Counted from the first letter of the stretch, positions 1 to 13,600 are shown. The stretch: 64,000 nucleotides of DNA from Octopus sinensis (GCF_006345805.1 NC_043010.1:8370001-8434000); one strand, 5' to 3'. The notes: generated by a model not told the origin, from the letters alone. Program-made: numbers and translations.

Positions 1-1492
1 AGAGAATATTGGAAATAATGGAACGGCAATTGTTCGGAAGACTAATTGTTTAAAGTAAATTGGATAGAAAAGATTGAGTTGAAACTTAAACTGATACCAA
101 CAAATTTTATGTGCATTTTATGACCTCAGCAAACCATCTAGGAATGTTTATAATTTGAAGAGCCATTAAATTGAATCTTGAAAACCATAAGATTGTTTTG
201 TTTTGTTTTTTTTAAAAAAAAATAGACATTTTTTTTAAAAGTAAATATTTAAATTTCATGCTGTGTTGTATTTATTGATAATTTCATTGGTAAATGGCAA
301 GGTATTTTTTTTTTTTTATTTAATGTGATATTTAGTTAAAACAAAACTGAATATCACCAGAAATGTTTGGGGGTGGTTTAGGCACAAAAAACAAATTTAT
401 AGATGGAAAATAGATTAAGCTTGAGCTATTTGTTCTGAGAAAGTACAATGTAAGAAGACTTTTAACGTTTACTCACATTTTTAGGTGCAAGACTTGTAAA
501 CGAAGGTAGTAAATTTAATTATTTTTTTGGTTTTTACTACATTGTTGTTCCTTATTTGTTGTTGTTTGTGTTATTTTTTAAGCTCTATGCCAGCTCTGAC
601 TGACCAGATGTATGAATCAAGCATCAGGCCAGCACTGACCATCTTATGGTTAGCCTGTTGGACTCAATTATGAGATTGGGGGGTTTTATTTCCAGATTAG
701 GTGATACATTGTATCCTTGAGCTAGGCACTTCATTTCCCCTTTTTACATACCTCTAATCCATTCATTCAGCCAAAAATGAGTTGCACTTGCAGTAGTGTG
801 GTTCATTGCAAATTATTAGCTACTAAATCTTGCTAATGTACTCATTAGATATTAACAGCCCTTGAGGGACACTGGATGAAGATTTAAGATTTCATTATAC
901 CATGCATCCTTACCTTTGTTTCCAAAACTGCTAGATGCCATACAAAGGAATTTAGTGACTATTTCTAGCACACCATGCAGCCTTAAAAATTCTCCTTCAT
1001 TTCCATGTTGGTGCTTATTTTACTGATATTGATAAAATGATGGGCAAATTGACCCTTTAGAAATTAAAATCTATATGAAGAAATGAAACCATCCAAGAAT
1101 ATTTATTTCATTATTTCACTGTCTTAGCTGACCGTTCCCAATCTAACTCTCATCTATGGTCATTTCAATGCATCCTTACCTTTGTTTTCAAAACTGCAAG
1201 ATGCCATACGAAGGAGTTTAGTAATTAGAAATCTTAAGAGATGCAAAACAGGAACAAATTCGGAAATAAGTTCCTTATTGTTTTATAAATGTTTTATTAC
1301 AACAGAAATTATACATGTTGCATACTATTGCTCATTTGAGTTTGTAAAAGTTGTAATTTATATAACAAACAGTTATGTATGCTTAAATATTTATATTTGC
1401 TCACTAACACATATATACACACACATACAAACACACAAAATTATGTGTCTACGTATACATACATATATATATATATATATATATCACATATA

Positions 1493-1531
<39 letters not shown>

Positions 1532-1532
<1 letters not shown>

Positions 1533-1790
1533 CATCATCATCATCATCATCGTTTAACGTCCGCTTTCCATGATTGCATGGGTTGGATGGTTCAACTGGG
1601 GTCTGGGGAGCCCGAAAGGCCAGTCAGATCTGGCAGTGTTTCTACAGCTGGATGCCCTTCCTAACGCCAACCACTCCGAGAGTGTAGTGGGTGATTTTAT
1701 GTGCCACCGACACAGGTGCCAGACGAGGCTGGCGAACGGCCACGCTCGGATGGTGTTTTTTATGTGCCACCGACACAGGTGCCAGACATA
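1532..1790 (-). mobile_element. RTE-type LINE 3' end / RTE-tailed repeat
   Basis: (CAT)n then cgtttaacgtccgctttccatg...ggatgcccttcctaacgccaaccactcc; the same 3'UTR is joined to RTE ORF2 remnants at 40720-41580 and 60440-61530. Confidence 0.75.
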
Positions 1791-2521
1791 TTATACATAT
1801 ATATATATATACAAATATATATATATATATATATATATATTTGAGTATGAAGAATTTTGCTCATGAACACCATGCAGCATTCAGTGGGAAAATTGAAACC
1901 TCAACCCTTCAATTGTGAGTACAGTAATCTAATCAGAAGCCCATGTGCCAAAGTAACATGAAAATGATACATAATAATATCAAATACTTAATAATGTGTC
2001 AAGAAGCCAAATTTCATTTTTTTATTTTATTTTATTTTTATTTTAAGTGTGGATTGAACGAAAATCCTGCAAGACTTTTATCATTTTCAAAAGTAGTTTT
2101 AATATAAGTGAAACATACTCTGTCAAAATTAAACAATTCATATTGAGAATAAATGCCACAATAAAAACAGCTGCTAAAAACTTGGTGTATTTGAAATTTA
2201 GCAACAGGTGCTTTCTTGGAATACACACATACATATATATATATAATATCCTTCCTCCATTATAAATCAATTGTTTACTGTAATATTTTAATATCTAACC
2301 AAAATATAGTTTGTAACCATTCCAAGTATTATTTATCTGTTATTTTTGTTTTACCAAAGTTGCTAGAGGTGATGAATTAGAACATTGAAAGAGAAAAAAA
2401 CCCATTAAAAAAAACACAATAAACTGTGACTACAGGGCAATTTCTAGTACTCATATTTCAATGAAATAACATTTTATTTATATTAAAAATCATATATCAT
2501 TATTCATTGTTATTTATATCA

Positions 2522-2705
2522 GATGAAGGTGGCAAGTAGGCAGAATCATTAGAATGATATGTCATCCAAGCCTTTACATTCTGAGTTCAAATTCTACAAA
2601 AGTTGACTTTGCCTTTCATCCTTCCTGGGGTCAATAAAATATTACCAGTTTGAGCACTGGGGTCAATGTATTCAACTGAACTCCCTCCCACCAAAATTAC
2701 TAGCT
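2522..2705 (+). mobile_element. SINE family C, diverged copy
   Basis: gagttcaaattc B-box-like motif plus the core gactttgcctttcatcctt...ggggtcaataaaat, shared with the copy at 50457-50690. Confidence 0.7.
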
Positions 2706-2754
2706 TCATGCTATAATTTGAAAATCGTTATTATTTGTATTACTCTCTCTCTCT

Positions 2755-3151
2755 CTTTTACTTGTTTCAGTCATTTGACTGTGGCCATGCTGGAGCACCA
2801 CCTTTAGTCGAGCAAATCGACCCCGGGACTTATTCTTTGTAAGCCCAGTACTTATTCTATCGGTCTCTGTTTGCCGAACCGCTAAGTGACGGGGACGTAA
2901 ACACACCAGCATCAGTTGTCAAGCAATGCTAGGAGGACAAACATAGACACACAAACACACACACATACATATATATAAATATATACATATATATGACAGG
3001 CTTCTTTCAGTTTCCGTCTACCAAATCCACTCACAAGGCATTGGTCGGCCCGGGGCTATAGCAGAAGACACTTGCCCAAGATGCCACGCAGTGGGACTGA
3101 ACCCGGAACCATGTGGTTGGTTAGCAAGCTACTTACCACACAGCCACTCCT
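2755..3151 (-). mobile_element. SINE family B (tRNA-type head, internal (TA/CA)n, (AAGAGTAA)-type tail)
   Basis: Reverse complement of the intact copy at 54354-54742; head ggagtggctgtgtggtaag...ggttccgggttcagtccc. Confidence 0.9.
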
Positions 3152-3399
3152 AACAAAAACAGGAAAACCAAGGAACTGAAAAACCAGTTGTCATATTGTG
3201 TCATCTCAGGAAAAGACGTGAGATTCAGATATTTTACCCTTACATGGTACGTGCACTGACGTGTGACTAAGAAGGTTGCTATGCAATTTTATGGTTTGGG
3301 AACACACTGCATGGCACTTGGGCAAGTATTTTCTACTAAAATTTTGGACTGACCAATGTCCTGCAAGCATGAAGTTGCATGGAAGCCAGTTTTGTGCAT

Positions 3400-3622
3400 A
3401 TTTATGTATGTATGTATGTATGTATGTATGTATGTATTTATGTATGTATGTATGTATGTATTTATGTATGTATGTGTGTATGTATGTATGTATGTATGTA
3501 TGTATGTATGTATTTATGTATGTATGTATGTATGTGTGTGTGTGTGTATGTATGCATGTATATATGTATGTATGTATGTGTGTATGTATCTATGTATGTA
3601 GGTATGTATGTATGTATGTATG

Positions 3623-3663
<41 letters not shown>

Positions 3664-3665
3664 AA
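3400..3665. repeat. (TATG)n / (TA)n microsatellite
   Basis: Direct reading. Confidence 0.95.
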
Positions 3666-3899
3666 ATACACACCCAGTGCGCAATGGTTAAATTGTCACC
3701 ATTTTACATTTTTAATTGCATGCATGCACATTCTTTGCTTTTGATTTTGTCAACTACACAGTATAGTAGGGTCAGTTGGGCACCATCTGTGAGAAAAATA
3801 GCACCACAGTGCAATTCACTCTGCCAGAAATTTGGGAACGACATGCTGTACTGCTTGGCATTCATGTCAGAAGCTCCAATACGAACAGATACTGAACAC

Positions 3900-4392
3900 A
3901 CAAAACAACGGTTGACTTGCTGTGTCCCCAAAACATACACCGAGAATGATAAAAATAAGGCATCCAGTCAATGTCATTGTGTTTGGAGTGACGTTATGCT
4001 TCCATTCATCTTCCCACACAGCTTCACACTCAACATGGAGGCCTAAATTAAGTGCCTCGAGGACGTAGTCTACCCTGGATCAGGAGGGTAGTTGCTGGAA
4101 GACCCTATGTCTGGCAACAGGACTCTGTACCATGCCACGCAAGCAGGAGACCATATCACCCTTAACATCTGGCCACCTAAGTCCCCAGACTGTAAACCCC
4201 TTTGTTGATTATGTGTGGGACACAATTGAGTGGGAGACTAATTAAACTCCTTGTAACACCATAGATGAACTGAAGGCAAGGATTATGGCAGTATTCACCA
4301 ACTTAAACAAGGAGACCATCCAGAAGAATCGCAGGAGATTCCAAGGCCATCTCGAGGCTACAGTTGAAGCCAATGGCAATTTTATAGAATAA
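3900..4392 (+). mobile_element. Degenerate Tc1/mariner-superfamily (maT/DD37D-like) transposase C-terminal relic
   Basis: Frameshifted translation: VWSDVMLPFIF..LNMEA.IKCLEDVV..GRPYVWQQDSVPCHA..WPPKSPDCKP..DYVWDTIE..IDELKARIMAVFTNLNKETIQKNRRRFQGHLEATVEANGNFIE*. Confidence 0.8.
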
Positions 4393-4653
4393 TTCTAGTC
4401 TTTAGCATTTCAAGATATTTTTATGCAATTTTGGTAAATATCTGTTAAAATGAGATGTCAGTGTTATTTTCATTTTTGTATAATTTAGATGGCAATATAT
4501 TCACTGCACTCTGTGATATACAAATATACATACATACACACATACATACATACATACATACATACATACATACATACATACATACATGCATACATACATG
4601 CATACATACATACATACACACATACATATATACATACGCACATACATACATAC

Positions 4654-4687
<34 letters not shown>

Positions 4688-4778
4688 ACACATATATATA
4701 CATTTATATAATACACACACATATAGATATGCATACATATTTATATAAGTATATATGTATATGCACACACATCTATAC

Positions 4779-4810
<32 letters not shown>

Positions 4811-4954
4811 GATATATACATATATATGTAAACATATATATCATCATCATCATCATCGTTTAATGTCCGTTTTCCATGCTAGCATGGGTTGGACAAAAAT
4901 TTAACGTTTTATATATATATATATATATAGATATATATATATATATATATATAT

Positions 4955-5365
4955 ACTCTTTTACTCTTTTACATGTTTCAGTTATTTGACTGTAGTCATG
5001 CTGGAGCACTGCCTTTAGTTGAAGAAATCAACCCCAGGAATTATCCTTTGTAAGCCTAGTACTTATTCTATTGCTTGCTTTTCTTTGCCGAACTGCTAAG
5101 TTTCATGGCCATAAACACACCAACATCAGGTATCAAGTGATGATGGAGGAGAAACACACGCACAAAGGTACACATACATAAATATATTCATATATATATA
5201 AAAACACAAGAGGCTTCTTTCAGTTTCCATTTACCAAATCCACTCATGAGGCTTTGGTCAGTCTTTGGTGAGGCTATTGCAGAAGACACTTGCTCAAGGG
5301 GCACAAAAGTGGGACTGAACCTGAAACCATGTAGTTGGGAAGCAAGCTTCTTACCACACAGCCAA
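4955..5365 (-). mobile_element. SINE family B, diverged copy
   Basis: tactcttttactcttttac...cagtttccatttaccaaatccactc...cttaccacacagcca. Confidence 0.8.
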
Positions 5366-6075
5366 ATCTGAGGCTTTGTCAGAAATCATTATTAGAATGC
5401 TGTGAGTTCAAATCTTGCCAAGGATAACTTTGCACTTCATCCTGTTGGGGCTGATAAAATGATGTACTAATCAAATGCTGGGGTCAATTTAAGTGCCTAG
5501 ACCTTGATTTTATTTATTTATTTTATACCACAATTTGTAGAAAATGGCAGAATTGGTTGCAGATTCACAAAGGGCTGGTTTACTGTATTTATGATGATGG
5601 GAATGACAAGAGGTTGTCTAATTCCACGTGGAACAAATATCTTAAGGATCTTCATTCATAGAGCAACGGGCTTTTAGTTTTGTCACTAATATTTACATAT
5701 TTTACATATTATACATACATACACACATACATACATACACACATACATACATAAACACATGCATACATAAATACATACAAACACACATACATGCACTCAT
5801 ACATATATATATATAAATATATATATATGTAAATTAGAAAAAATACGTTTTATCTATTATTTTGCACATAACTTAATCATCATTACATGCTTTATCTTAT
5901 ATTTAATCTTTCTATATGTAATCTTTCTAAATGGTATAATTTAATTTTTTCATTATTGAATTGATAAAAGGTGTTTTTTTTTCTAATTTTATATATATAT
6001 ATATTATATTTTGTGAAATTTGATTTAGTATTTCTAAATTGAATTTTTCCCTGTAAGTTTGGAATAATATTCCCT

Positions 6076-6120
<45 letters not shown>

Positions 6121-6343
6121 AAAGGTATATGCACACAAACATATACGTGCACTCACGAACACATACAAATATACATATGCATATTATCAATGCAGTCTGT
6201 AAGCAGAACAGTAAAATTGTGCAAGACTTTTCTCAAGTTCGAGGCTTGAATTAGTTTTATCTTCATTCCAAAGGTGGAGCTTTGTATCATTGTTAGAAAC
6301 CAACTCCTTATATGAAGACACCAAACAGTTAAAAACAGGACAG

Positions 6344-6378
<35 letters not shown>

Positions 6379-6459
6379 TATATTATATATATATATATAT
6401 ATGTATATATATGTGTATATATATATGTATATATATATGTATATATATGTAAATATATA

Positions 6460-6499
<40 letters not shown>

Positions 6500-8386
6500 A
6501 TATATATATACATACATATATGCACATTATGCTTTTGTAAAATTTCTGTGCAAGTTATTGCATAAGCAGAATCCATTATGCAAAACACCTGTCAAGGTCT
6601 GTTACTTTGGAATTGAACCCAGAGCAATGTGGTTGAAACACAACCTTCCTTAATGTATATATAAAACACAGATCCTTTATTTTTGTAAGAGTGAACAACT
6701 GAAGTTTTGCTTCAAGCAAGAACACAGAATTTGTCAAATGAGAGTTAGATTGCAGTAGAGTATGAATAAATAAACATGAATTGTCCACAACATATTTCAG
6801 CAATATATTGAGAACAAACACATACAAACAGACATACACTCATATGCACACACATACACACACACATACACACACACAAATACACACATAAACACACAAA
6901 CACACACTCTAGCACATGCCATGCACACACATATGCACTTATGCGCACACATACAAGCATGCACACAAACATGCACCCATGTGAAAACACACATACACAC
7001 ACACACACAAACACACACACATACACACACACACACACACACAAACACAAACACACACACATACACACACACACAAACACACAAACACACACTCTCACAC
7101 ATGCCATGCACACACATATGCACTTATGTGCACACATACAAGCATGCACACAAACATGCACACATATGCAAACGCACAAACACACTCTTACACATGTCAT
7201 GCACACATATACACACACATATATAATATACACATACACACATAATATATAAATATGATACATATACACACACACACACACATATATATATATGCATATT
7301 GTTGTATGTATTATTATATTGATTGTGGAATTTATGAGAGGAAGGCGAATCATTAGTGTTATGAGTTACTATACTTTTATATATATTTGCATAAATACCT
7401 AGATTACTTTTTGTCAAAAATACACACTGAGTTAGATTACCAATGGTGCAACAGAGGCTGATTGCTTACCTACAGTTTGTTTATGAGATGATGGTAGACC
7501 ACCTGCACAGTATTCCAGAGTTATGTTGTCCAGTAGTATATCTGACAGAACCGGAGTGTTTGCCATATTTGAGATATTTTTATATATTATCTTCAATATA
7601 CTAAAGTGATTTAGTTTGTTGTGAAGTATGTCAAAGGGAATAGGATTAACTGCGGTATGTCAAACGGGGCCATATTGACTGCAGTATATGAGATAAAGCT
7701 AGATTGACTGATGATTTACGAAAATAGAAAAAATAGCTACTTTTGCTGCAATATTTCATAAAAGAGAAGGAAGACTGCTTACAGTATGCTAGAGAAAGTT
7801 ACATTTATAGATCACCAGAAGAAAAGACGACAATAAGTTAATAAAACAAACCATGTAAGTTATTTTAGCCAATAAGCAAGACCTAAATATTATTTGCATT
7901 TCTTTCTTCAGTCTTATATGAAACTCTAATATTAGACGGAAATATGTGCTAAGCTTAATTTGAACTTAATATCTGTTGTTTTAGACAAAGTATAAAGTCA
8001 TCAAAGAGAATATTAATGACTTTGTTTTGTTTGTTTTGACAAAGCTGCAGGTTAATTTTGTAAATGACAAAGCATAAGCAAATTGAATAATCACTGGCTT
8101 ATTATTTATTTTAGCAAATTTAACTATTGAAAAATTTTTAAACCAGATGAGTAAATAACAGTTACAATAAAACTGTAAATATGTAAACTGGCTCTTTCTT
8201 GATCGTGAGTCTATGTTGGAATTCTTTACATTTCTAGCAGTTCTAATCTGTTTGGTTTAATGTATGAAGTTAGTTGATATAACATGTAACACATAGTTTT
8301 CAGGAAGAGGAAAAGTAAATTAAAGACAAAAAAAAGAATAAGAGTTTAAAAAGCAAGGATCAAACAAAAAGGATTTAATTATAATT

Positions 8387-10815
8387 TTAAAACAGAAAAA
8401 AATTTCTCACCTGATGAATTCCACTTGAAAGAGTATCACAATGAATCTCTATTGGAGTATCTTTACCATCATAGCATAAAGGATGTCTTGTGGATAGATT
8501 ATCTCTGGGCCATATGAGATGTGGGTCTTCACCTTTTTCTATACTTAATAATACATCTGGACTCTCATGTTTGGAAGAAACTTGTTTTGCACAGGAATAT
8601 CCCGAAAGGCTTCCTTTGTCCACTAATTTCTTTGAAGGGTCTATTCCACATTTATAATGTGTTTTCTGTTGGTTGTTTCTCCTGACAATGCACACAGTAA
8701 TGGAAACAACCAGTAATACGGAAACTGTCACTGCTGCCACTATGATTATGATGAATAAATTGATGTGTATTTTATCATTGGATTGAAACTGCACTGCTGT
8801 CATCTTGGTTGATGTTTTGTTACTGACAGTCAGAGTCATAGATAACGTGGTTTTTGCAGTCAGAACTGGAGTTCCACTGTCTTTGACAATGAACTTGAGA
8901 TTATATAAGCCAGCATCATTTTGGTAAACTGTTCGAGAAAAAGACAGAACTCCTGTGTAAGGATTAACTGCAAACAACTGTCGGTTATTTCCTTCCAGGA
9001 TTTCGTACTTCAGAAAAGCATTTTGTCGATTATCTCTATCCGAGGCTTTTAGAACTGTAATGTCGTTTTTGCTCTGTGGATTGTAATAAACATCCAGGCT
9101 GAATGGGTTGACACTAGGAAAAGTAAAATAAGGAGGATTGTCATTTTCATCTAATACTTCTATAACAACATCTGCCGTGTTGCTAAGTTGAGGATTTCCA
9201 TTATCCTTAACTAAAACTCTGAATTTAAAAACATCTTGTTGCTCGTGGTCCAAAGATTGAGTTGTAGTAATAAAACCAAGGTTAGAAATCTTAAAGGGCA
9301 AAGCTTGGTTTACTTGATTGAGTAAAGAGAAAGTTAACTGACCTCCAGGACCAAGATCTGGGTCAGTAGCATTTATGAATCCGACTGGAAAATTTGGTTT
9401 CTCATTTTCATAAGTTAAAAACTTATAAACATCTTTTGTAAATTGTGGCTGAACATCATTAACATCCATTACTTGGATGGAGAACTTTCTTTCAGTTTTC
9501 AGAGATGGAAACCCTTTATCTTTACATGAAATGGTAAAATTGATTTGACTTTCAGTCTCACGATCAACTGCTTTTTTCACTGATACTTTGTATCTTTTCT
9601 GACCAAGACTCTGAAGAGTGAACTTATTATGCTGGAGGTCACATGTCACTTGTCCATTCAAACCAATATCATTGTCACAACTTTCACATATGCAATGAAG
9701 CTGCCAACTTCCATCGCTTCAGATATTGTTGCTGTGTTTCCAGTTAATTCCGAGAAATTTATATCTATTACTGGAGCATTATTTTGCTGGTTGATAACAT
9801 TTACTAAAACCATTGCAATAGAGCTGAGTGGAGGTTTGCCTCCATCTTTAGCCTCAATAAATAACTTATAAGTCTGCTTTTTTTCTGGACTAAAGTCCTC
9901 GTGTTGATAGATCTGACCAGTTCTTCTATGCAATTTGAAATACGATTTCGCAATATCAGTTGTTTTTGAACTGAAATAGTAAGATATATTCCCATTTGGA
10001 CCAGAATCAAGATCAGTTGCTGACAGAGTAATGATTGGTGTATTTCTCTGTCTTTTATTCACTGTAACATTGTAGACATTTTGTGAGAATACTGGTGGAC
10101 TATCGTTGACATCGGAGACTGTTATTTCGACATTCAAGACACATTTCTTCGATGGAGTGCCGCCATCTTTTGCAACTACTTTTAAGTTGTATATATCTTG
10201 CATTTCTCTGTCTAATTTATTCTCTAAAGTGATTCTCAGAGAATAGGAACCGTCCACACGTTTTGAGACGTCAAGTTTGAAAGGTTCTTCTTGTTTTTTT
10301 ATCAAATGATAAATAATCTGGGAATTTAAAACACTGACATCTTTATCGACTGCATTAGGTAAGGAAATACTTGAACCTCTGCCATCTCTCTCAGAAAACT
10401 GAATGCTAATAGTTTTATTTGGAAACTCTGGTGGGTGTTCATTAACATCTTCTATTATTACTTTTATTTCAAGTATTTTCACAAAAGATTTTCTTCTCCG
10501 AACAGCAATGTCAACCATTTGGAAACATTCTGTATTGTATTTACAGAGAGCTTCAGCATCTAGTGTCTGTGCAGTATAAAGTTTCCCAGCTTTTGTAACA
10601 TTGAATAGTGGAGAGCTTTCTGTCAATTCCTTCTGTAATTGACTGAAGCTAATTGACTTATAGTCCTCGACTGGAATACTGTCCATCATGTGAGTGTCAA
10701 CACTGATATCTCCAAGGTAAGTGTTGGCACTCATTCCTTCTTTCACGTAATAGATGAAATCAACACAATAGCAGGTTTGCATGAAAAGCAAGATTTTAAT
10801 GACAACCAGCAACAT
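8387..10815 (-). CDS. Protocadherin large coding exon (signal peptide, EC1-EC6, TM, proximal cytoplasmic tail), interrupted by one 1-nt frameshift at 9676/9677
   Basis: ORFs 10815-9658 and 9661-8387 join into one protein if one base is restored (AYVKV-V-DNDIGLNGQVTCDLQ). Cadherin linkers: DVNEHPPEF, DVNDSPPVF, NQQNNAPVI, DVNDVQPQF, DENDNPPYF. Ca-binding motifs: LDRE, LDHE, DxDxGxNG. N-terminal hydrophobic MLLVVIKILLFMQTCYC. TM segment INLFIIIIVAAVTVSVLLVVSITVCIV. About 802 codons to the splice donor. Confidence 0.96.
8405..8413 (-). other. Phase-0 5' splice donor ending the large protocadherin exon (exon ends at 8411)
   Basis: Minus strand reads ATT CAT CAG|GTGAGA; the read-through ends 7 codons later in AT-rich intron-like sequence (VRNFFLF*). 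Confidence 0.75.
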
Positions 10816-10885
10816 TTTCTGTGTGATTTAGGCCATAAATATTTTATCTTTTTAATAAATACATTCACACAACTGCCGACAAATT

Positions 10886-10902
10886 CTGAAATAAACAAAT
10901 AA
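10886..10902 (-). other. 3' splice acceptor 70 nt upstream of the protocadherin ATG (implies an upstream 5'UTR exon)
   Basis: Minus strand reads tattatttgtttatttcag|AATTTGTCGG; exon would start at 10885, ATG is at 10815. Confidence 0.6.
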
Positions 10903-11509
10903 TACTTTAGACCATGAAAACCTTCAAATTCTCTCCCTCCCTCTCCATTTATCCCTTGCTCTCTCTCTCTCTCTCCCTTTCTCTCTATCTTCTATCTCTC
11001 TATCTTCTATCTCTCTCTCTCTCTCTCCCTTTCTCTCTATTTTCTATCTCTCTCTCTTTCTCTCAGTCAGTCACTCTCTATCTATCTGTCTATTTGTCTG
11101 TATGTCCGTCTCCACCCCCTCTCTCTCTCTCTCTCTCTCACTATCTTTCTCACTGTCTCACTGATTAAATTTTCTTAGCTGTAAGGTTAGAAGTTATGAT
11201 CTTTTTGATCTATGGAAGGAAAATAACATATTTAATTATTTACTTCTTGAATTAACAAATAGAAATGATATTCTGTAAAATTATTTCCTGGAGTAAGAAA
11301 TAAAAGGAAAAAAAAAGCTATATCAATTTAAATTGGCTTTTATATGTTATCAATAAAAGACCTTCACCCTTTTTATGGCACTTTTCTTTACACCAGTTAT
11401 AAGGTCACATATCATCATTTAATAAGATGATAAAAAGACATTTTTGTATAAGTAAATATCATGAGATATTCTAAGCTATTTCAATTAACCAAATTTGCAG
11501 ACTGCACAA

Positions 11510-12105
11510 TACATACATACATACATACACACATACATACACACATACATACATACATACATACACACATACATACATACATACATACATACATACATAC
11601 ATACAAACATACATACATACATACATACATACATAAATACATACATACATACATACATACATACATACATACATAAATACATACATACATACATACATAC
11701 ATACATACATACATACATACGTACATACATACATACGTACATACATACATACATACATACATACATACGTACATACATACATACATACATACATACAAAC
11801 ATACATACATACATACATACATACATATGTGTATGTGTATAAATATATATATATACTTACATTCATACACATATACACACACACATATATACATATATAT
11901 ACAAGCATACATACATACATATATATATATATATATCTGTGAGATATATATGGCTACATAAGTAGTGTGTATATACATAAATATATGTACATATGTGTAT
12001 ATATATATATATGCACATATATACATATATATGTATATATGTATATATATACATATATGAATGTATATACACACGCATACACACATACATATGTATATAT
12101 TTACT
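11510..12105. repeat. (ATAC)n and (TA)n microsatellite block
   Basis: Direct reading. Confidence 0.95.
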
Positions 12106-13564
12106 TCTCATATCTCAAAGATTTTTTTAGCATAAGCCATAAATTTGGAACAAAGACTTTCCAATTTAGATAAGAGGAGAAATAGAAGTTATTTATAACA
12201 GAATGTAAATATCAAGCAATTATATCGTTGCGATTGATTAAAATTCGCTGACTCATATACGCATAGAAGAGAAAGAAAGAACTGGCTGTTTATTGGTTCT
12301 AAATACAAATATTAAGATCTTGCTTAAACCAGGATCAAAGAGGAAGAAAAGCTATATGGCATGAAAACATTTGTTGTAATGAAGAAGAAGAAGAAGAAGA
12401 AAAAATAAGAAAAAGAAAAGGAAAACTACTAAGTGAATTCGGAATAGTTGTTTAGAATATCAATGTTGGAACTTTTTCTGCTCAGGTTTATTTGATACAA
12501 ACATGAAAATCAAAATAAAGCCCAAAGACAAATAAAGACAAGATTACAATACTTTTTGAAATGGTAAACATTCTTTGAGTTTGAAGAACACTAATTAGCT
12601 TAGAAAGTTCAAAGATGGATAAAACTGAATGTTAAATTGCTTTATAGGAGGATTATTGGAGATTCAAAAGACTTTCCAAAATAGTTTTATATAGAAGGAA
12701 TGGGCAATATGTCGAATTAGTTGTGTAGTAGATAGGAAAGATAAGACATTGTTGAAGTAAAAACTATTTAAGGCTTCTATCATAATTTCGTTTTATTAGA
12801 TTCTAGCATAGGTCTAGCAGGCAAGTTGTTAGAGAAATAGAAAGAATAAAGATTATTAATCCAATGATCGAAGAAATTCATTCGGTAAATAAGTTAGGAA
12901 TATTTAATCTAGAAGTCTTATCAGTACAAAATATTTTCAATTGTGAAGAATTCAACATTTTACCAATATCTCCAAACATTACTGATTCCAACATAAAATA
13001 AAAAAAAGAGAGAAAAAAATTCTATTTGTTACATAGAAACAGGTTATCAATTTATAACTATTCAATATAGAGAACAAATTAAGATGATTAAGTTTAGCAG
13101 TCTCGGAAATACTGAATAAACTACTTTTCTTATTCTTTCAGAACGGAACTATAAAAACAGTGTTTATTGTTTTTTCAAGCAGAAGAAGTGAGGCTTTTAC
13201 TGGTGACTTCATAATTGTGATAGATCTAATGATATAGCCAACAGCAATGACAAAAGTAACTCGATTCAGTATTGAAAAATTACTTTATGGGATAATCTTT
13301 AACACAGAACAATCATGACAAACTTTCATTTGTATTTTAATATCAAAAGGATAAACAGGATTAAGGAATAACTTTGGATAGAGACATAGTGGATTATTTA
13401 TATGAAAAGAAAAATGAGCTCTGACTAGAAACCTGTTTAGATGACATGGTATTATAAGAAAATTACTATATTGTTCATGGATGAAGATAAATGACAATGT
13501 AACAAAAAGCCAGCAAAGAGTATAACAGAAATGCATAAATATGAAAAAAATAAGAGAGAAGTAG

Positions 13565-13565
13565 A

Positions 13566-13600
<35 letters not shown>

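Noticed and set aside
140-158. agagccattaaa(t/a)tgaa shared with 62524-62540, as a paralogous 3'UTR motif
   Set aside because: The match is only about 16 nt and AT-rich, with no flanking similarity; compatible with chance.
9655-9665. Programmed frameshift or stop-restart between the two protocadherin ORFs
   Set aside because: There is no slippery heptamer and no ATG at the junction (the second ORF starts at TTG); a 1-nt indel inside a conserved motif is the simpler explanation.
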